DNA from: an uncultured Chloroflexia bacterium
Lineage (GTDB): Bacteria; Chloroflexota; Limnocylindria; Limnocylindrales; CSP1-4
DNA: 64,000 nt
NCBI GenBank assembly: GCA_963814315.1
Contig: CAWFCG010000003.1
Location: 1,025,980-1,089,979, forward strand
Direction of reading: 5' to 3'
The translations under genes were made by a program, and so were the position numbers. The notes beneath the pieces were generated by a model. The model was not told the origin of the DNA, did no database searches, and saw nothing but the letters and a program-made list of their open reading frames with translations. Below, in pieces: positions 37,661 through 47,385 of this stretch. Positions within the stretch are counted from its first letter, which is position 1. Each line of letters starts with the position of its first letter.

Positions 37661-40600
37661 CTACGTTCCGGCGGCTCGAGCCTCCCTCGCCAGGCGGTCC
37701 ACCATCGCCTGGGTCAGGCGCCAGGCGCGCTCGCCATCGGTCGGGACTCGCACACGCACCTGGTTCGAGGCATAGCGGATGTGCCCCTGCAGCGCTCGAA
37801 GTGGATCATCCACCGCCTGTGGCGCCAGCGCGCGCATGGTGTCGGCACGTGACCAGTCCGGCCCGAACCGCAGCACCAGCTGACCATCCTCGCGTGAGAC
37901 CTGCAGCAGCCCGGCCTCCTCGGCGCGGTAGCGCAGGCGCGACACGCCCAGCAGGCGCTCGACCGGCGGCGGCATGACCCCGTACCGATCCAGCAGCTCA
38001 GCCTGGATCTCGCTGAGTCCGTCGTCGCTGACGACACGACCAAGTCGCCGATAGAGCTCCAGCTTCTGCGGCTCCTCGGGCACATAGTCGTCGGGCAGAA
38101 AAGCATCGACCGGCAGGTCGATCTTGGCCTGGCTGCGTGCCGTGCGGGCCTCGCGACCCTCAAGCTGCGCCTTCTCCTCCTCGACCGCCTCGGCCAGCAT
38201 GCGGGTGTAGAGGTCGAAGCCGACCGCGGCCATATGCCCGTGCTGTTCAGCACCAAGGATGTTGCCGGCACCGCGGATCTCCAGGTCGGACAGCGCGATC
38301 TGGAACCCGGCCCCCAGTTCGGAAGCATTGAAGATGGCGGCCAACCGCTTGCGGGCGACATCCGAGAGTGCCGCCTTTCGCCGGTACAGCAGGTACGCGT
38401 AGGCGCGCCGGGATGAACGACCCACGCGACCACGGAGCTGGTAGAGCTGCGCCAGGCCCAGCGCATCGGCGCGGTCGATGATGATGGTGTTGGCGTTGGG
38501 GATGTCCAGGCCCGATTCGATGATAGTGGTGCTGACCAGCACGTCGTACTCACCGGTCGCGAAGGCCAGCATCACCTTCTCCAGCACACCCTCCGGCATC
38601 TGCCCGTGACCGACCACGATGCGCGCACTGGGCAGCAGCCGGCGAAGCTGCTCGGCTTGCGCGTCGATGGTCTCGACGCGGTTGTGCACGTAGAACACCT
38701 GGCCGCCACGGTCGAGCTCGCGCAGGATGGCGTCGCGTACCAGTGCAGCCGACGCCTCTGCCACACGTGTCTGGATGGGCAGGCGGTCCTCTGGTGGTGT
38801 CTCGATGACGCTCATGTCCCGCACGCCGACGAGGGCCAGGTTGAGCGTGCGCGGGATGGGTGTGGCCGACAGCGTCAGCACGTGCACCTCAGTCTTGAGC
38901 TGCTTGAGTCGTTCCTTATGCGTGACCCCGAAACGCTGCTCCTCGTCCACCACCACCAGTCCCAGGTCCTTGAAATGGATGTCACGGCTGAGCAGTCGAT
39001 GCGTCCCGATGACCACGTCCACGGTCCCGGCCTCAAGACCGGCCAGCGTGTCCTGCTGCTCACGCTTCGACACGAACCGACTCAGCGAGCGGACCGTCAC
39101 GGGATAGGCAGCGAAGCGCTGGCTGAAGGTGAGCAGGTGCTGCGCAGCCAGGATCGTCGTCGGTACCAGGACCGCCACCTGCGTTCCGGCCTGGATGGCC
39201 TTGAAGGCTGCCCGCAGTGCCACCTCTGTCTTGCCATAGCCGACGTCACCGACCACCAGGCGGTCCATGGGCGTATCGCGCTCCAGATCGGCCTTCACCT
39301 CGATGGCCGCGCGGAGCTGGTCGGGTGTCTCCTCGTACGGGAAGGCGGCCTCCATCTCCGACTGCCAGGGCGTGTCGTCGTCGAACGAACGGCCCTGGGC
39401 CTTGGCGCGGTCGGCATAAAGACGGAGCAGGTCACGGGCGAGGTCGCCGACCGCCTTCTTGACTCGGCTGCGTGCGCGCTGCCACTCGCCGCCACCAAGC
39501 TTGCTGAGCTGCGGGTGGTCGCCGCCGGCATAGCGCGAGATCCGCTCGATCTGCTCGACCGGCACCCAGATGAAGCCCTTCTCGGCAAAATGCAGCTCCA
39601 GGAAATCGCGCTCCTCGGAGCCCTTTCCGCCTGCGGCGCGGCGCACCAATCCCTCATACCGGGCCACGCCATGGTCCACGTGGACGACCGTGTCGCCGGG
39701 TTCCAGGCGCTCCAGCAGGTCGCGTGGCACCACTCGCCGCATGGCGCGTGGACGTCGCACACGGACCGTGCCGAAAAGCTCGCGGTCGGTGACCAGGACA
39801 AGCCCATCGGGGCCGTCGGCGAACCCACCATTGAGGCTGCGCTCGATGAGCGTGAGGCCGCCCCGCGGCACGGGTTCGTGCAGCGCGTGCAACGGGGCGG
39901 CGCCCATGCCATCCGCCTCCAGGATCTCGGCCAGGCGCATCGATTGGTCGGACGCCAGCACCACGCGGGCCCCTTCGCCACGCCAGCGCCGGACGGTGGC
40001 AGCCAGGTCGCCGATGGCAGCCGGCGGCACGCTGGGCTCACGCCAGCCGAACGGGTTGCCACCGGGTGGAGCACCAGCGGCCTCCGGCTCCCAGGTCAGC
40101 TCCAGCGTGGACGCCTCGTGCAGGGCCGACTTCCATTCGCGCGCGGTCGGATACGCCGATGCCCAACGGGCCGGGATCTCCCCTGCCCGCTCCAGCTCAC
40201 CGCGTCGCTCGTCGGCCTGCGACTGCAGGAACTCGGCCACGTTGATGACCTCGTCGGGCTCGTCGATGAGCCAAACGGCTTGGCCGAGATGGTCGATGGC
40301 AGTGCTGGGCGCAAGATAGCCGCCCCACAGTTCGGCAGCATCGCCCAGGACGCCGCTGTCGAACCGCTCCAAGTCAGCCTGCAGGCCCTCAGGCAGTCGA
40401 GCCGCCGAACGACCCATATGCTCGATGAGCACCGTGCAGGCATCGGCGCCGAGGATGAACTCTGATGCCGGCAGCAGCACGGCGGACTCCACTGAACCGC
40501 GCCCTCGCTGGTCGGCTGGGTCGAAGGCTCGCAGCGAATCGACCTCGTCGCCGAACCACTCCACCCGCACCGGCATCGGCTGCCCAGCCGGGAAGACATC

Positions 40601-41260
40601 GACGATGCCGCCACGTCGTGCGAATTCGCCCCGGCCACCGACCTCGGGCACGTGCTCATAGCCCAGGGCAACGAGCGCGCCCACGACACGGTCCGGGCCG
40701 AGGCGCAGCCCGGACAGGAGCGTGAGCGGATCGGTCGGGATGTCGTCGGGCGCGAGCGTGCGCTGGAACAGCGCCTGCACGCTGCTGACCAGGATGCGCG
40801 CCGCGCCGTCTTCGGAGCGCCAGGCGGCCAGCGCGGCCACTCGGGCAGCCGATTCATCACGCACCAGCTCGGAGCGCTCGTAGGCGAGGGCCGTCCGCGG
40901 CTCCAGCGTGACCACCTGCTCACTGCCACCCAGCCAGGCTGACAGCTCCTCAGCGACGCGGTCGGCGATCTCGGCGTCGCGGGAGATCCACACCAGCCGT
41001 TCACCGGACGCGACGCTGAGGGCGGCCGCCAGGAATGTCTTGGCGCCGTGGGGCACGCCAGCGTAGGTCACGTGGCGCAGGTCACGGCCGACCCGTCCGC
41101 CGGCCGCGGTGCGATAGCGTTCGACGAGTGCCTGCAGTTCGCCCGTGCGCGCCAAGAGGCCGGCGAGTGGCGACAGGTCGGGAACGCGATGACGTGGTGT
41201 CGGGACACCAGCCTGGTCCTTGCGGCGGCGCCGCTGCGTTCGCCGGAAGGCGTCGGTCAC
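37661..41260 (-). CDS. mfd: transcription-repair coupling factor
   Basis: 1199 aa with a UvrB-homology N-terminus, a DEAD/DEAH helicase core (GDVGYGKTEVALRAAF, DEEQRFG) and a TRCF C-domain. Confidence 0.9.
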   Translation of the reverse strand: MTDAFRRTQRRRRKDQAGVPTPRHRVPDLSPLAGLLARTGELQALVERYRTAAGGRVGRDLRHVTYAGVPHGAKTFLAAALSVASGERLVWISRDAEIADRVAEELSAWLGGSEQVVTLEPRTALAYERSELVRDESAARVAALAAWRSEDGAARILVSSVQALFQRTLAPDDIPTDPLTLLSGLRLGPDRVVGALVALGYEHVPEVGGRGEFARRGGIVDVFPAGQPMPVRVEWFGDEVDSLRAFDPADQRGRGSVESAVLLPASEFILGADACTVLIEHMGRSAARLPEGLQADLERFDSGVLGDAAELWGGYLAPSTAIDHLGQAVWLIDEPDEVINVAEFLQSQADERRGELERAGEIPARWASAYPTAREWKSALHEASTLELTWEPEAAGAPPGGNPFGWREPSVPPAAIGDLAATVRRWRGEGARVVLASDQSMRLAEILEADGMGAAPLHALHEPVPRGGLTLIERSLNGGFADGPDGLVLVTDRELFGTVRVRRPRAMRRVVPRDLLERLEPGDTVVHVDHGVARYEGLVRRAAGGKGSEERDFLELHFAEKGFIWVPVEQIERISRYAGGDHPQLSKLGGGEWQRARSRVKKAVGDLARDLLRLYADRAKAQGRSFDDDTPWQSEMEAAFPYEETPDQLRAAIEVKADLERDTPMDRLVVGDVGYGKTEVALRAAFKAIQAGTQVAVLVPTTILAAQHLLTFSQRFAAYPVTVRSLSRFVSKREQQDTLAGLEAGTVDVVIGTHRLLSRDIHFKDLGLVVVDEEQRFGVTHKERLKQLKTEVHVLTLSATPIPRTLNLALVGVRDMSVIETPPEDRLPIQTRVAEASAALVRDAILRELDRGGQVFYVHNRVETIDAQAEQLRRLLPSARIVVGHGQMPEGVLEKVMLAFATGEYDVLVSTTIIESGLDIPNANTIIIDRADALGLAQLYQLRGRVGRSSRRAYAYLLYRRKAALSDVARKRLAAIFNASELGAGFQIALSDLEIRGAGNILGAEQHGHMAAVGFDLYTRMLAEAVEEEKAQLEGREARTARSQAKIDLPVDAFLPDDYVPEEPQKLELYRRLGRVVSDDGLSEIQAELLDRYGVMPPPVERLLGVSRLRYRAEEAGLLQVSREDGQLVLRFGPDWSRADTMRALAPQAVDDPLRALQGHIRYASNQVRVRVPTDGERAWRLTQAMVDRLAREARAAGT

Positions 41261-42030
41261 CGAGTGCGGCCCTTGTCGTGACTGGTGAGGATCTCCGGCA
41301 GCAGCTTGCGCCAGCCGGTCTTGGTGCGGACCACGCCCTCCGCATCGGGCTGTCGTTCCTGCGCCACGACCTCAGCGTCGTCGGCGTTCGCGGCGCCGGC
41401 GTGCACCTCCTCGGCCTCCGTGTCGTCAGCGCTGGTCTCGAGCTCAGGCTCCCAGCCGTTCCAACGGCTGGCGGCAGCGTCCGGCCCGTCGGTGGCCCAC
41501 CGCTCGACCGCATCGGCCGCAGCATCGAGGACCACATCGAGGTGCCGTTGCTCGGCGTGCTCGAAGTCGCCCAGAACGTGCTGGATGGCCGCACCCTGTG
41601 GCGCCCCGATGCCGACGCGCAGCCGTGCGAAGGACTCGGTGCCCATCTCGCCGATGATCGAGCGCAACCCGTTGTGGCCCCCGGCGCTGCCACGCGCCTT
41701 GAGACGCAACTTGCCGAAGGGCAGCGACATATCGTCGACGACCACGAGGACGTCCGGCAGCGGCGCTCGCTCCCGTGCCAGCACCTTGCGCACGGCCTCG
41801 CCCGACGCGTTCATGTAGGTCATCGGCTTGACCAGGATGAGCTCGTCGTCACCGAGGTAGCTGCGCACCGTGGCAGCCGCATCCTTGGCCTTGGCGCGAC
41901 CGGATGCGCCGACGCGATCGGCCAGACGATCCAGCACCATCCAGCCGATGTTGTGGCGGGTCTTCTCGTAGCGTGAGCCGGGGTTACCCAGGCCCACCAC
42001 GATCTTCTTCACTGCGTCCCCTCGCCTCAT
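41257..42030 (-). CDS. pth: peptidyl-tRNA hydrolase with an acidic C-terminal extension of about 65 aa
   Basis: Has the Pth pattern VGLGNPG..Y..TRHN.G and GGHNGLRS. It overlaps mfd by 4 nt. Confidence 0.85.
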   Translation of the reverse strand: MRRGDAVKKIVVGLGNPGSRYEKTRHNIGWMVLDRLADRVGASGRAKAKDAAATVRSYLGDDELILVKPMTYMNASGEAVRKVLARERAPLPDVLVVVDDMSLPFGKLRLKARGSAGGHNGLRSIIGEMGTESFARLRVGIGAPQGAAIQHVLGDFEHAEQRHLDVVLDAAADAVERWATDGPDAAASRWNGWEPELETSADDTEAEEVHAGAANADDAEVVAQERQPDAEGVVRTKTGWRKLLPEILTSHDKGRTR

Positions 42031-42120
42031 CTGGGCATTCGCCTCATCGGGGCATGCCGACGGACCGCCACCCGACTCGGATCGGGCGCGGTCGTGCTGC
42101 CGATGGTACTCGGGAGCGAG

Positions 42121-42861
42121 TCAGCGAGCGCTGGCGCGTGGCTCCAACATGTGGTCGGGACGTGCCTGAGCTGGCGCTGCTGGCGGGGGAGATGCTGCGG
42201 ACCGCTTGGCCACCACCGACAACACGATGCGATACACGAACAGGAACACCACGATGGTCGTCATCACCAGGTAACCCAGGAAGACCCAGGCGGCCTGTGT
42301 GTCCGAGCCAGCCATGAGCCCGTGGACCGTAGCGCCCAGGAACGCCAGGAATGACAGGTAGTGCACACGTCGCCAAGCTGGGGCACCGATGCGCTTCTTC
42401 ACGTAGAAGCTCAACAGCACCAGCAGCGTGATGGCCAGCGTGATCTGTCCGATGCCGACCCAGAGCGGCCGATACGGACCACTGAACGGGATGAGCACCT
42501 CCAGGGGGCTATAGGGCACGCTGCGGTCGATCATCAGGACTGCGACATGGACGAGCGCGAGTGCCAGACCGATCGACGAAAGGTCCTGGTGCAGCGTGAA
42601 CGAGACTGCGCGATGGGCGATGCGATCAAGGATCTTGGTCGAGAGTAGCAACCCATAGACCACCGAGCCGGTGAGCGCGAGATACGCCAGCAGCGCACTG
42701 ATCCGCGTCACGTACCAGGGCAGGCGCTCGTACTCCTCGCCTAGCCAACGACCGACCGACGCAGCTGCCGAGCCACCGGTGCCGGCGAGCACGATGGCGA
42801 CGATGCCGAGGAACAGCCCCCAGCGCAGCGGACGAGTCCATGCGTGCATGCCTTGGTACAT
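42121..42861 (-). CDS. ferric-reductase-like transmembrane domain protein (heme-b-binding, MsrQ/YedZ-like)
   Basis: Six predicted TM helices carry paired His residues (HQDLSSIGLALALVHV and HYLSFLAFLGATVHG). Confidence 0.55.
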   Translation of the reverse strand: MYQGMHAWTRPLRWGLFLGIVAIVLAGTGGSAAASVGRWLGEEYERLPWYVTRISALLAYLALTGSVVYGLLLSTKILDRIAHRAVSFTLHQDLSSIGLALALVHVAVLMIDRSVPYSPLEVLIPFSGPYRPLWVGIGQITLAITLLVLLSFYVKKRIGAPAWRRVHYLSFLAFLGATVHGLMAGSDTQAAWVFLGYLVMTTIVVFLFVYRIVLSVVAKRSAASPPPAAPAQARPDHMLEPRASAR

Positions 42862-43812
42862 CTAGACCAACCACCTGTCTGCACCCTCCGGGGCGATGAG
42901 CTCGCCACGCTCCAGCAGCAGGAACGCAGCGTCTGCCCTGGCGTGCTCGAGCAACCGCAGGCCGGCGTCCGAGCCGCTGATGACCACGGCCTTGGCGAGT
43001 GCCTCAGCGGTCAAGGCGTCGCCCGCCACGACCGTGGCCTGGACGACGTCGGTCTCAGCGGGGCACCCGGTGCGCGGGTCGATGAGATGGTGCGCCCAGC
43101 CCGCGTCTCGCTGCCAACGATGCACGCTCGTGCCGGACGTGGCGATGCCGAGGACGCTGGCGGCGTCCGACGTCGGCGAGATGACGGCCAGATCCGTCGT
43201 GCTCGTGCGCGGGTCTGCGATGGCGACGGCCCAATCGGACGGCGGGCCGCCGTTCGCTTCCCGGCGCCAGGCTACGTCACCATCAGCATCCACCATCGCG
43301 ATCGGATAGCGGCCCAAGAGCGCCAGCGCTCGGTCAGCGATCCAGCCCTTACCCACGCCATCGAGGTCAAAGGCCGCGTTCAGCACCCGTTCTAGGCGAT
43401 GACGGCGACCGGACCGGGCGACGGACCAACTGCCGGCGACCGAAGTGAACGGATCACCGGATTCGGCCGACAGCCTGGCGTCGAGCAAGGTGATGTCGAC
43501 CAGTCCACTGGTGAGTCGGGACATCTCTCGCGAACGCTCCAGCAGGGTGCCCATGGTCGGACCCACCAGCACCTCGGCGCGCGGATCATCATTGAGTCGC
43601 CTGAGCTCTGAACCAGCATCGAAGCGGGTGAGTCGGCTCGCCCAATTCTGGATGCGACCCGCCGCCAGCCGCAGATCGCGCTCGGCCATGCGCTCCGAGC
43701 CAGGTGGCCCCGCGACACGCATCGTGACCCATCCGCCCATGGCCGCGAACCGCATCGACCGTTCAACGAGCCCCACCCTGGTGACCGTGGCGTCGGGGGC
43801 GATCGTGGTCAC
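42862..43812 (-). CDS. apbE: FAD:protein FMN transferase (ApbE/Ftp family)
   Basis: The motif DLDGVGKGWIADRA matches the ApbE DxxGxxKGxxxD signature, along with overall ApbE-like sequence. Confidence 0.75.
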   Translation of the reverse strand: MTTIAPDATVTRVGLVERSMRFAAMGGWVTMRVAGPPGSERMAERDLRLAAGRIQNWASRLTRFDAGSELRRLNDDPRAEVLVGPTMGTLLERSREMSRLTSGLVDITLLDARLSAESGDPFTSVAGSWSVARSGRRHRLERVLNAAFDLDGVGKGWIADRALALLGRYPIAMVDADGDVAWRREANGGPPSDWAVAIADPRTSTTDLAVISPTSDAASVLGIATSGTSVHRWQRDAGWAHHLIDPRTGCPAETDVVQATVVAGDALTAEALAKAVVISGSDAGLRLLEHARADAAFLLLERGELIAPEGADRWLV

Positions 43813-44222
43813 CCCGACTGGCGCGTCCGGGTCACGACCCGCACGCTGCTCCTGCTGCTGGGGCTACTGACGGTCGGAGGCGACACGCGCTGCACCACGA
43901 TCCGCGGTGTGGGGGCCGCCTCGCGGATGACGCGCGCGCCCTTGGGTGCCTTCTGTCCGGGTTTGAGTCGTACGTACTGGACGGGACGATCGACCTTCTG
44001 CCGGACACGCTCGACCTTTGGCTCAGGCGGCGCCGGGGCCGCCGCATCAGTGGACAGCGGGAAACGCACCAGGCCGGCTCCGATCACGGTCACCGCGGCG
44101 AGGGCACCGGCGCCGACCATCATGCGGGCTGCGGTCGGAGACGGCCGACCCCGACCGGCTCCGGGCGTTCGTGCCCCCGGCGGGGCCCCGGCCCCAGCGG
44201 GCGGATCGGAGGGTGTCATCAA
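43809..44222 (-). CDS. small membrane-anchored Pro/basic-rich protein, hypothetical
   Basis: 137 aa with one N-terminal TM helix and 4-nt overlaps on both sides. Confidence 0.45.
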   Translation of the reverse strand: MMTPSDPPAGAGAPPGARTPGAGRGRPSPTAARMMVGAGALAAVTVIGAGLVRFPLSTDAAAPAPPEPKVERVRQKVDRPVQYVRLKPGQKAPKGARVIREAAPTPRIVVQRVSPPTVSSPSSRSSVRVVTRTRQSG

Positions 44223-44668
44223 TCGTCGTCCTCGCGCTCGTTCTCACGCTGTTCCTTGGCCCGCTCGGCCTTCTGCTCAGCAGCGTGCTCGCGTCGCTCG
44301 GCAGCATCTTCAAGCGCGTGCTCGCGCCCCTCATCGTGCTCGTCGTCACCCTGGCTCGGCACTCGCCGAACGACCGTCGTCCGCGAGCCAGAAGAGGCTG
44401 CCTTGGCCGCAGGGGCCTGCTTCTTCAGCACGATGGTCTGAGGCGTGGGGGCCGGCTTGACGTACACGACCTCAGGCTCCAGCGGCGCCTCATTGGTGAG
44501 TTCGGGGTCCGCTCTGCCATCGGTAGCCAGGTCGCCGTCCAAGGCCACGGCTGCAGACTGGATCCCACCCGAACCGGGAACAGGCGCGAAGCCGGCCACG
44601 ACCAAACCGATGGTCAGGACGATGGTGGCCGCCACAGTGGCGACGACAAGAGCAAGACGCTGGGGCAT
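44219..44668 (-). CDS. small membrane-anchored protein with an acidic C-terminus, hypothetical
   Basis: 149 aa with an N-terminal TM helix (LALVVATVAATIVLTIGLVVAGF). It is the first gene of the apbE operon. Confidence 0.45.
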   Translation of the reverse strand: MPQRLALVVATVAATIVLTIGLVVAGFAPVPGSGGIQSAAVALDGDLATDGRADPELTNEAPLEPEVVYVKPAPTPQTIVLKKQAPAAKAASSGSRTTVVRRVPSQGDDEHDEGREHALEDAAERREHAAEQKAERAKEQRENEREDDD

Positions 44669-44818
44669 CGGGAGCCTCCGGGATGACGGGTCGAATGGGG
44701 ATGAGTCTCAGATGAGCCAGTTGCGCCGCCATGTGCCGCAGGTGTGAGTTCTCAAAGAAAGCGCGACAGGCTGCCTCGCACCATTGCGCAATCACGTCGC
44801 GACAGCGAGGATGCAGGG

Positions 44819-45499
44819 ATGCGTGTGCTGGTCGTCGAAGACGAAGTGAAGATCGCTCGGGCCATCGACCGCGTGCTGACGGCAGAGCGGTACTCCACGG
44901 ATGTGGCCGAAGACGGCGTCGGAGCGTTGGCGCTGGCTGCCGAGCATGACTACGACGTCATCCTGCTGGACCGCATGCTGCCGGACCTTGATGGCATCGA
45001 GGTCGTGCGTCTGCTCCGTTCCCGCGGCATCGGCACGCCCGTGCTCATGCTGACGGCGCTGGGTGGCCTCGATCATCGTGTGGAGGGTCTGGACAGCGGC
45101 GCCGACGACTACCTCGCCAAGCCCTTCGCCTTCAATGAGTTGCTGGCGCGCATCCGCGCACTCGCACGTCGCAGCCCAGCCCGGCCCAGCGAGACGCTGG
45201 TGGCCGGCGACCTGGTGCTCGACCCCACGCGGATCACCGTCTCGGTGGGGGACCACCGCGAGGACCTATCGGCACGTGAGTTCGCCCTGCTCACCTACCT
45301 GGTCCGCCACGAGGGAACGGTGGTCACGCGACAGCAGATCCTCGACGCCGTCTGGGGTGCCGAGCCGGATGTCTACAGCAACGTCGTCGACCTCTACGTG
45401 CACTACCTGCGCCGCAAGCTGGACGTCCTCGGTCGCCGGGACGCCCTCCGAACGGTGCGCGGGGTGGGCTACTCCCTGCGCATCGACGTCAGCACGTGA
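44819..45499 (+). CDS. OmpR-family response regulator
   Basis: Has a receiver domain (MRVLVVEDE...DVILLDRMLPDLDG) and a winged-helix C-terminus. The start is MRVLV, an ATG at 44819. Confidence 0.85.
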   Translation: MRVLVVEDEVKIARAIDRVLTAERYSTDVAEDGVGALALAAEHDYDVILLDRMLPDLDGIEVVRLLRSRGIGTPVLMLTALGGLDHRVEGLDSGADDYLAKPFAFNELLARIRALARRSPARPSETLVAGDLVLDPTRITVSVGDHREDLSAREFALLTYLVRHEGTVVTRQQILDAVWGAEPDVYSNVVDLYVHYLRRKLDVLGRRDALRTVRGVGYSLRIDVST

Positions 45500-46848
45500 G
45501 TTGGCTGCGTCCACCACGCGACCCGGCGTCGGCGCTGCTGTGGCGCGCGCGGCGACAAATCGCCAGCGTGACCCTGCTGATGGTGACCGCGCTGGTGGTG
45601 ATCGTCGGGGTGACGACCGCCGCGACGGCCATCGCGTTGATGCGCGAATTGGCCGACCGCGCCCTCGATGCAGCTGCTGCCGATGACCTGACACTCCACG
45701 AGCTTCTGGAAGGCGGTGAGAGCTATGAATACACCGGCCCCCTGGGCGTCGCCGACACATTCGTCATGCTGGTGGATGCTGATGGGAACGTCTACGGCAA
45801 CACGAGCGCAGCCACTCTGGACGGACTACCGGACTTGACGGCTCTGGCACAGTCTCAGCGCGCACCCGACCGTCGGACCGGCCGATATGGCGACACCGAC
45901 CTCCGCCTGTTGACGACCAAGCTGGGGTCAGCTGAGATCGACGATGAGCTCGAAGATGAGACCGGCGCTACGACCACGCTCTATCTGCAGGCTGGGCACG
46001 ACCTCTCGTTGCAGCATCAGCTGGAGCGCCAATTGCTCCTGGCCATCGGCATCATCGGAATGCTCGGCATCGCGGGTGCCGTCGTGGTGACCCTGTTCGT
46101 CACCCGTCGCGCGCTCATCCCCATCCGCGAGGCATTCGACACGGAGCGGCGCTTCGTGGCCGCCGCTTCCCACGAGCTTCGAACGCCGGTCGCTATCATC
46201 CGGGCCTCGGCCGAGATCCTCGAACGCGAGCACCTCGTCGAGGCCGGGGGTGCACCACTGGTAGAAGACATCGTGGGTGAAGCCGACCGCATGGGCCGGC
46301 TCGTGGGCGACCTCATGGCCCTTGCCTCCGCCCAGACCGAGGCCATCCACATGGACATCATGAGCCTGGATCCTGTCACCTACTTCGAGGACATCTCTCG
46401 CCGATCGGCCGCCATCGCCGAAGCTCGCGGGATCGCCCTGGAGGTGTCGGCGTCGGACCGGGGGTCGGGCATGGTCATCAACGCCGACCCCGATCGCCTC
46501 GATCAATTGCTGCTCATCCTCGTGGACAACGCCATCCGGCATTCGCCGCCCGGAGGAACCGTGCGCATGGTCCTGGCCATCGTGCCTTCGGCCGCGTTGG
46601 CAACGTTCTCGGTCGTCGACGATGGCCCTGGGCTCCGCGCCGAGGAGATAGAGCGGATCTTCGAGCCCTTCGAGCGCGGAGACGCATCGCGGCGGTCTGG
46701 CGCTGGAGCGGGCCTCGGATTGACCATCGCGAGGCAGCTGGCGCAACGCCAGGATGCCCGGTTGGAGGCGGAGAACGAACCGGGACACGGCGCCGCGTTC
46801 CGTTTGCGCATGCCCCTTCGAGGCAGGCCAACGGCCCGTGCCAGCTAG
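45496..46848 (+). CDS. sensor histidine kinase
   Basis: Two TM helices, the HisKA H-box AASHELRTP and an HATPase_c domain. It overlaps the response regulator as GTGA. Confidence 0.8.
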   Translation: MSWLRPPRDPASALLWRARRQIASVTLLMVTALVVIVGVTTAATAIALMRELADRALDAAAADDLTLHELLEGGESYEYTGPLGVADTFVMLVDADGNVYGNTSAATLDGLPDLTALAQSQRAPDRRTGRYGDTDLRLLTTKLGSAEIDDELEDETGATTTLYLQAGHDLSLQHQLERQLLLAIGIIGMLGIAGAVVVTLFVTRRALIPIREAFDTERRFVAAASHELRTPVAIIRASAEILEREHLVEAGGAPLVEDIVGEADRMGRLVGDLMALASAQTEAIHMDIMSLDPVTYFEDISRRSAAIAEARGIALEVSASDRGSGMVINADPDRLDQLLLILVDNAIRHSPPGGTVRMVLAIVPSAALATFSVVDDGPGLRAEEIERIFEPFERGDASRRSGAGAGLGLTIARQLAQRQDARLEAENEPGHGAAFRLRMPLRGRPTARAS

Positions 46849-47372
46849 GCGAGCCGCCCTAGCAGCCGCCGCTCGAGCGATCGCATGGCCGCTCCCTCCT
46901 CCGGCTCGGCATGGTCCCAGCCGCAGAGGTGCAGCCCGCCGTGGGTGATGAGCAGGCGTAGCTCGTCAGCCGGCGCCCAGGTGCGATCGCTGGACTGCCC
47001 ACCGGCGCCTGACTCGGCCTGCTCGATGGCACGCTCCACCGAGACGATGATGTCGCCCAGGTGGGGCGACGCGCCGGGTGGCAGCGGGAATACCGCGACG
47101 GCTTGGCGCAAAGCCGGGTCCTGGCCGGGATGTGGCGGGAAAGATGATGGCGGCAGCATCGGGAACGAGAGCACGTCAGTGGGCCCGTCCTTGCCCAAGT
47201 GTGCCTCGTTCAACGATGCCAGCTCAACGTCATCGCTGAGGGTCAGTGTCACCGTGGCCATCTCGGGTGCACCGGCAGCCAACACGGCGGCCTCCAGCAC
47301 ACGCTGACACTCATCGCTCGGCAGGATGTCGGCGATACCGGGTCGCCGCACGACCTCGACCGTCAGCGCCAC
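46845..47372 (-). CDS. ybeY: rRNA maturation endoribonuclease YbeY
   Basis: Carries the metal-binding motif HGGLHLCGWDH. The probable GTG start at 47372 lies 12 nt after the upstream stop. The ORF-track N-terminal extension is spurious. Confidence 0.75.
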   Translation of the reverse strand: MALTVEVVRRPGIADILPSDECQRVLEAAVLAAGAPEMATVTLTLSDDVELASLNEAHLGKDGPTDVLSFPMLPPSSFPPHPGQDPALRQAVAVFPLPPGASPHLGDIIVSVERAIEQAESGAGGQSSDRTWAPADELRLLITHGGLHLCGWDHAEPEEGAAMRSLERRLLGRLA

Positions 47373-47385
47373 GTCAGCCGCGGCG

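Noticed and set aside
38606-40465. 619-aa plus-strand ORF inside mfd
   Set aside because: It is antisense to a highly conserved Mfd coding region, with low-complexity R/H/G-rich translation typical of high-GC shadow frames.
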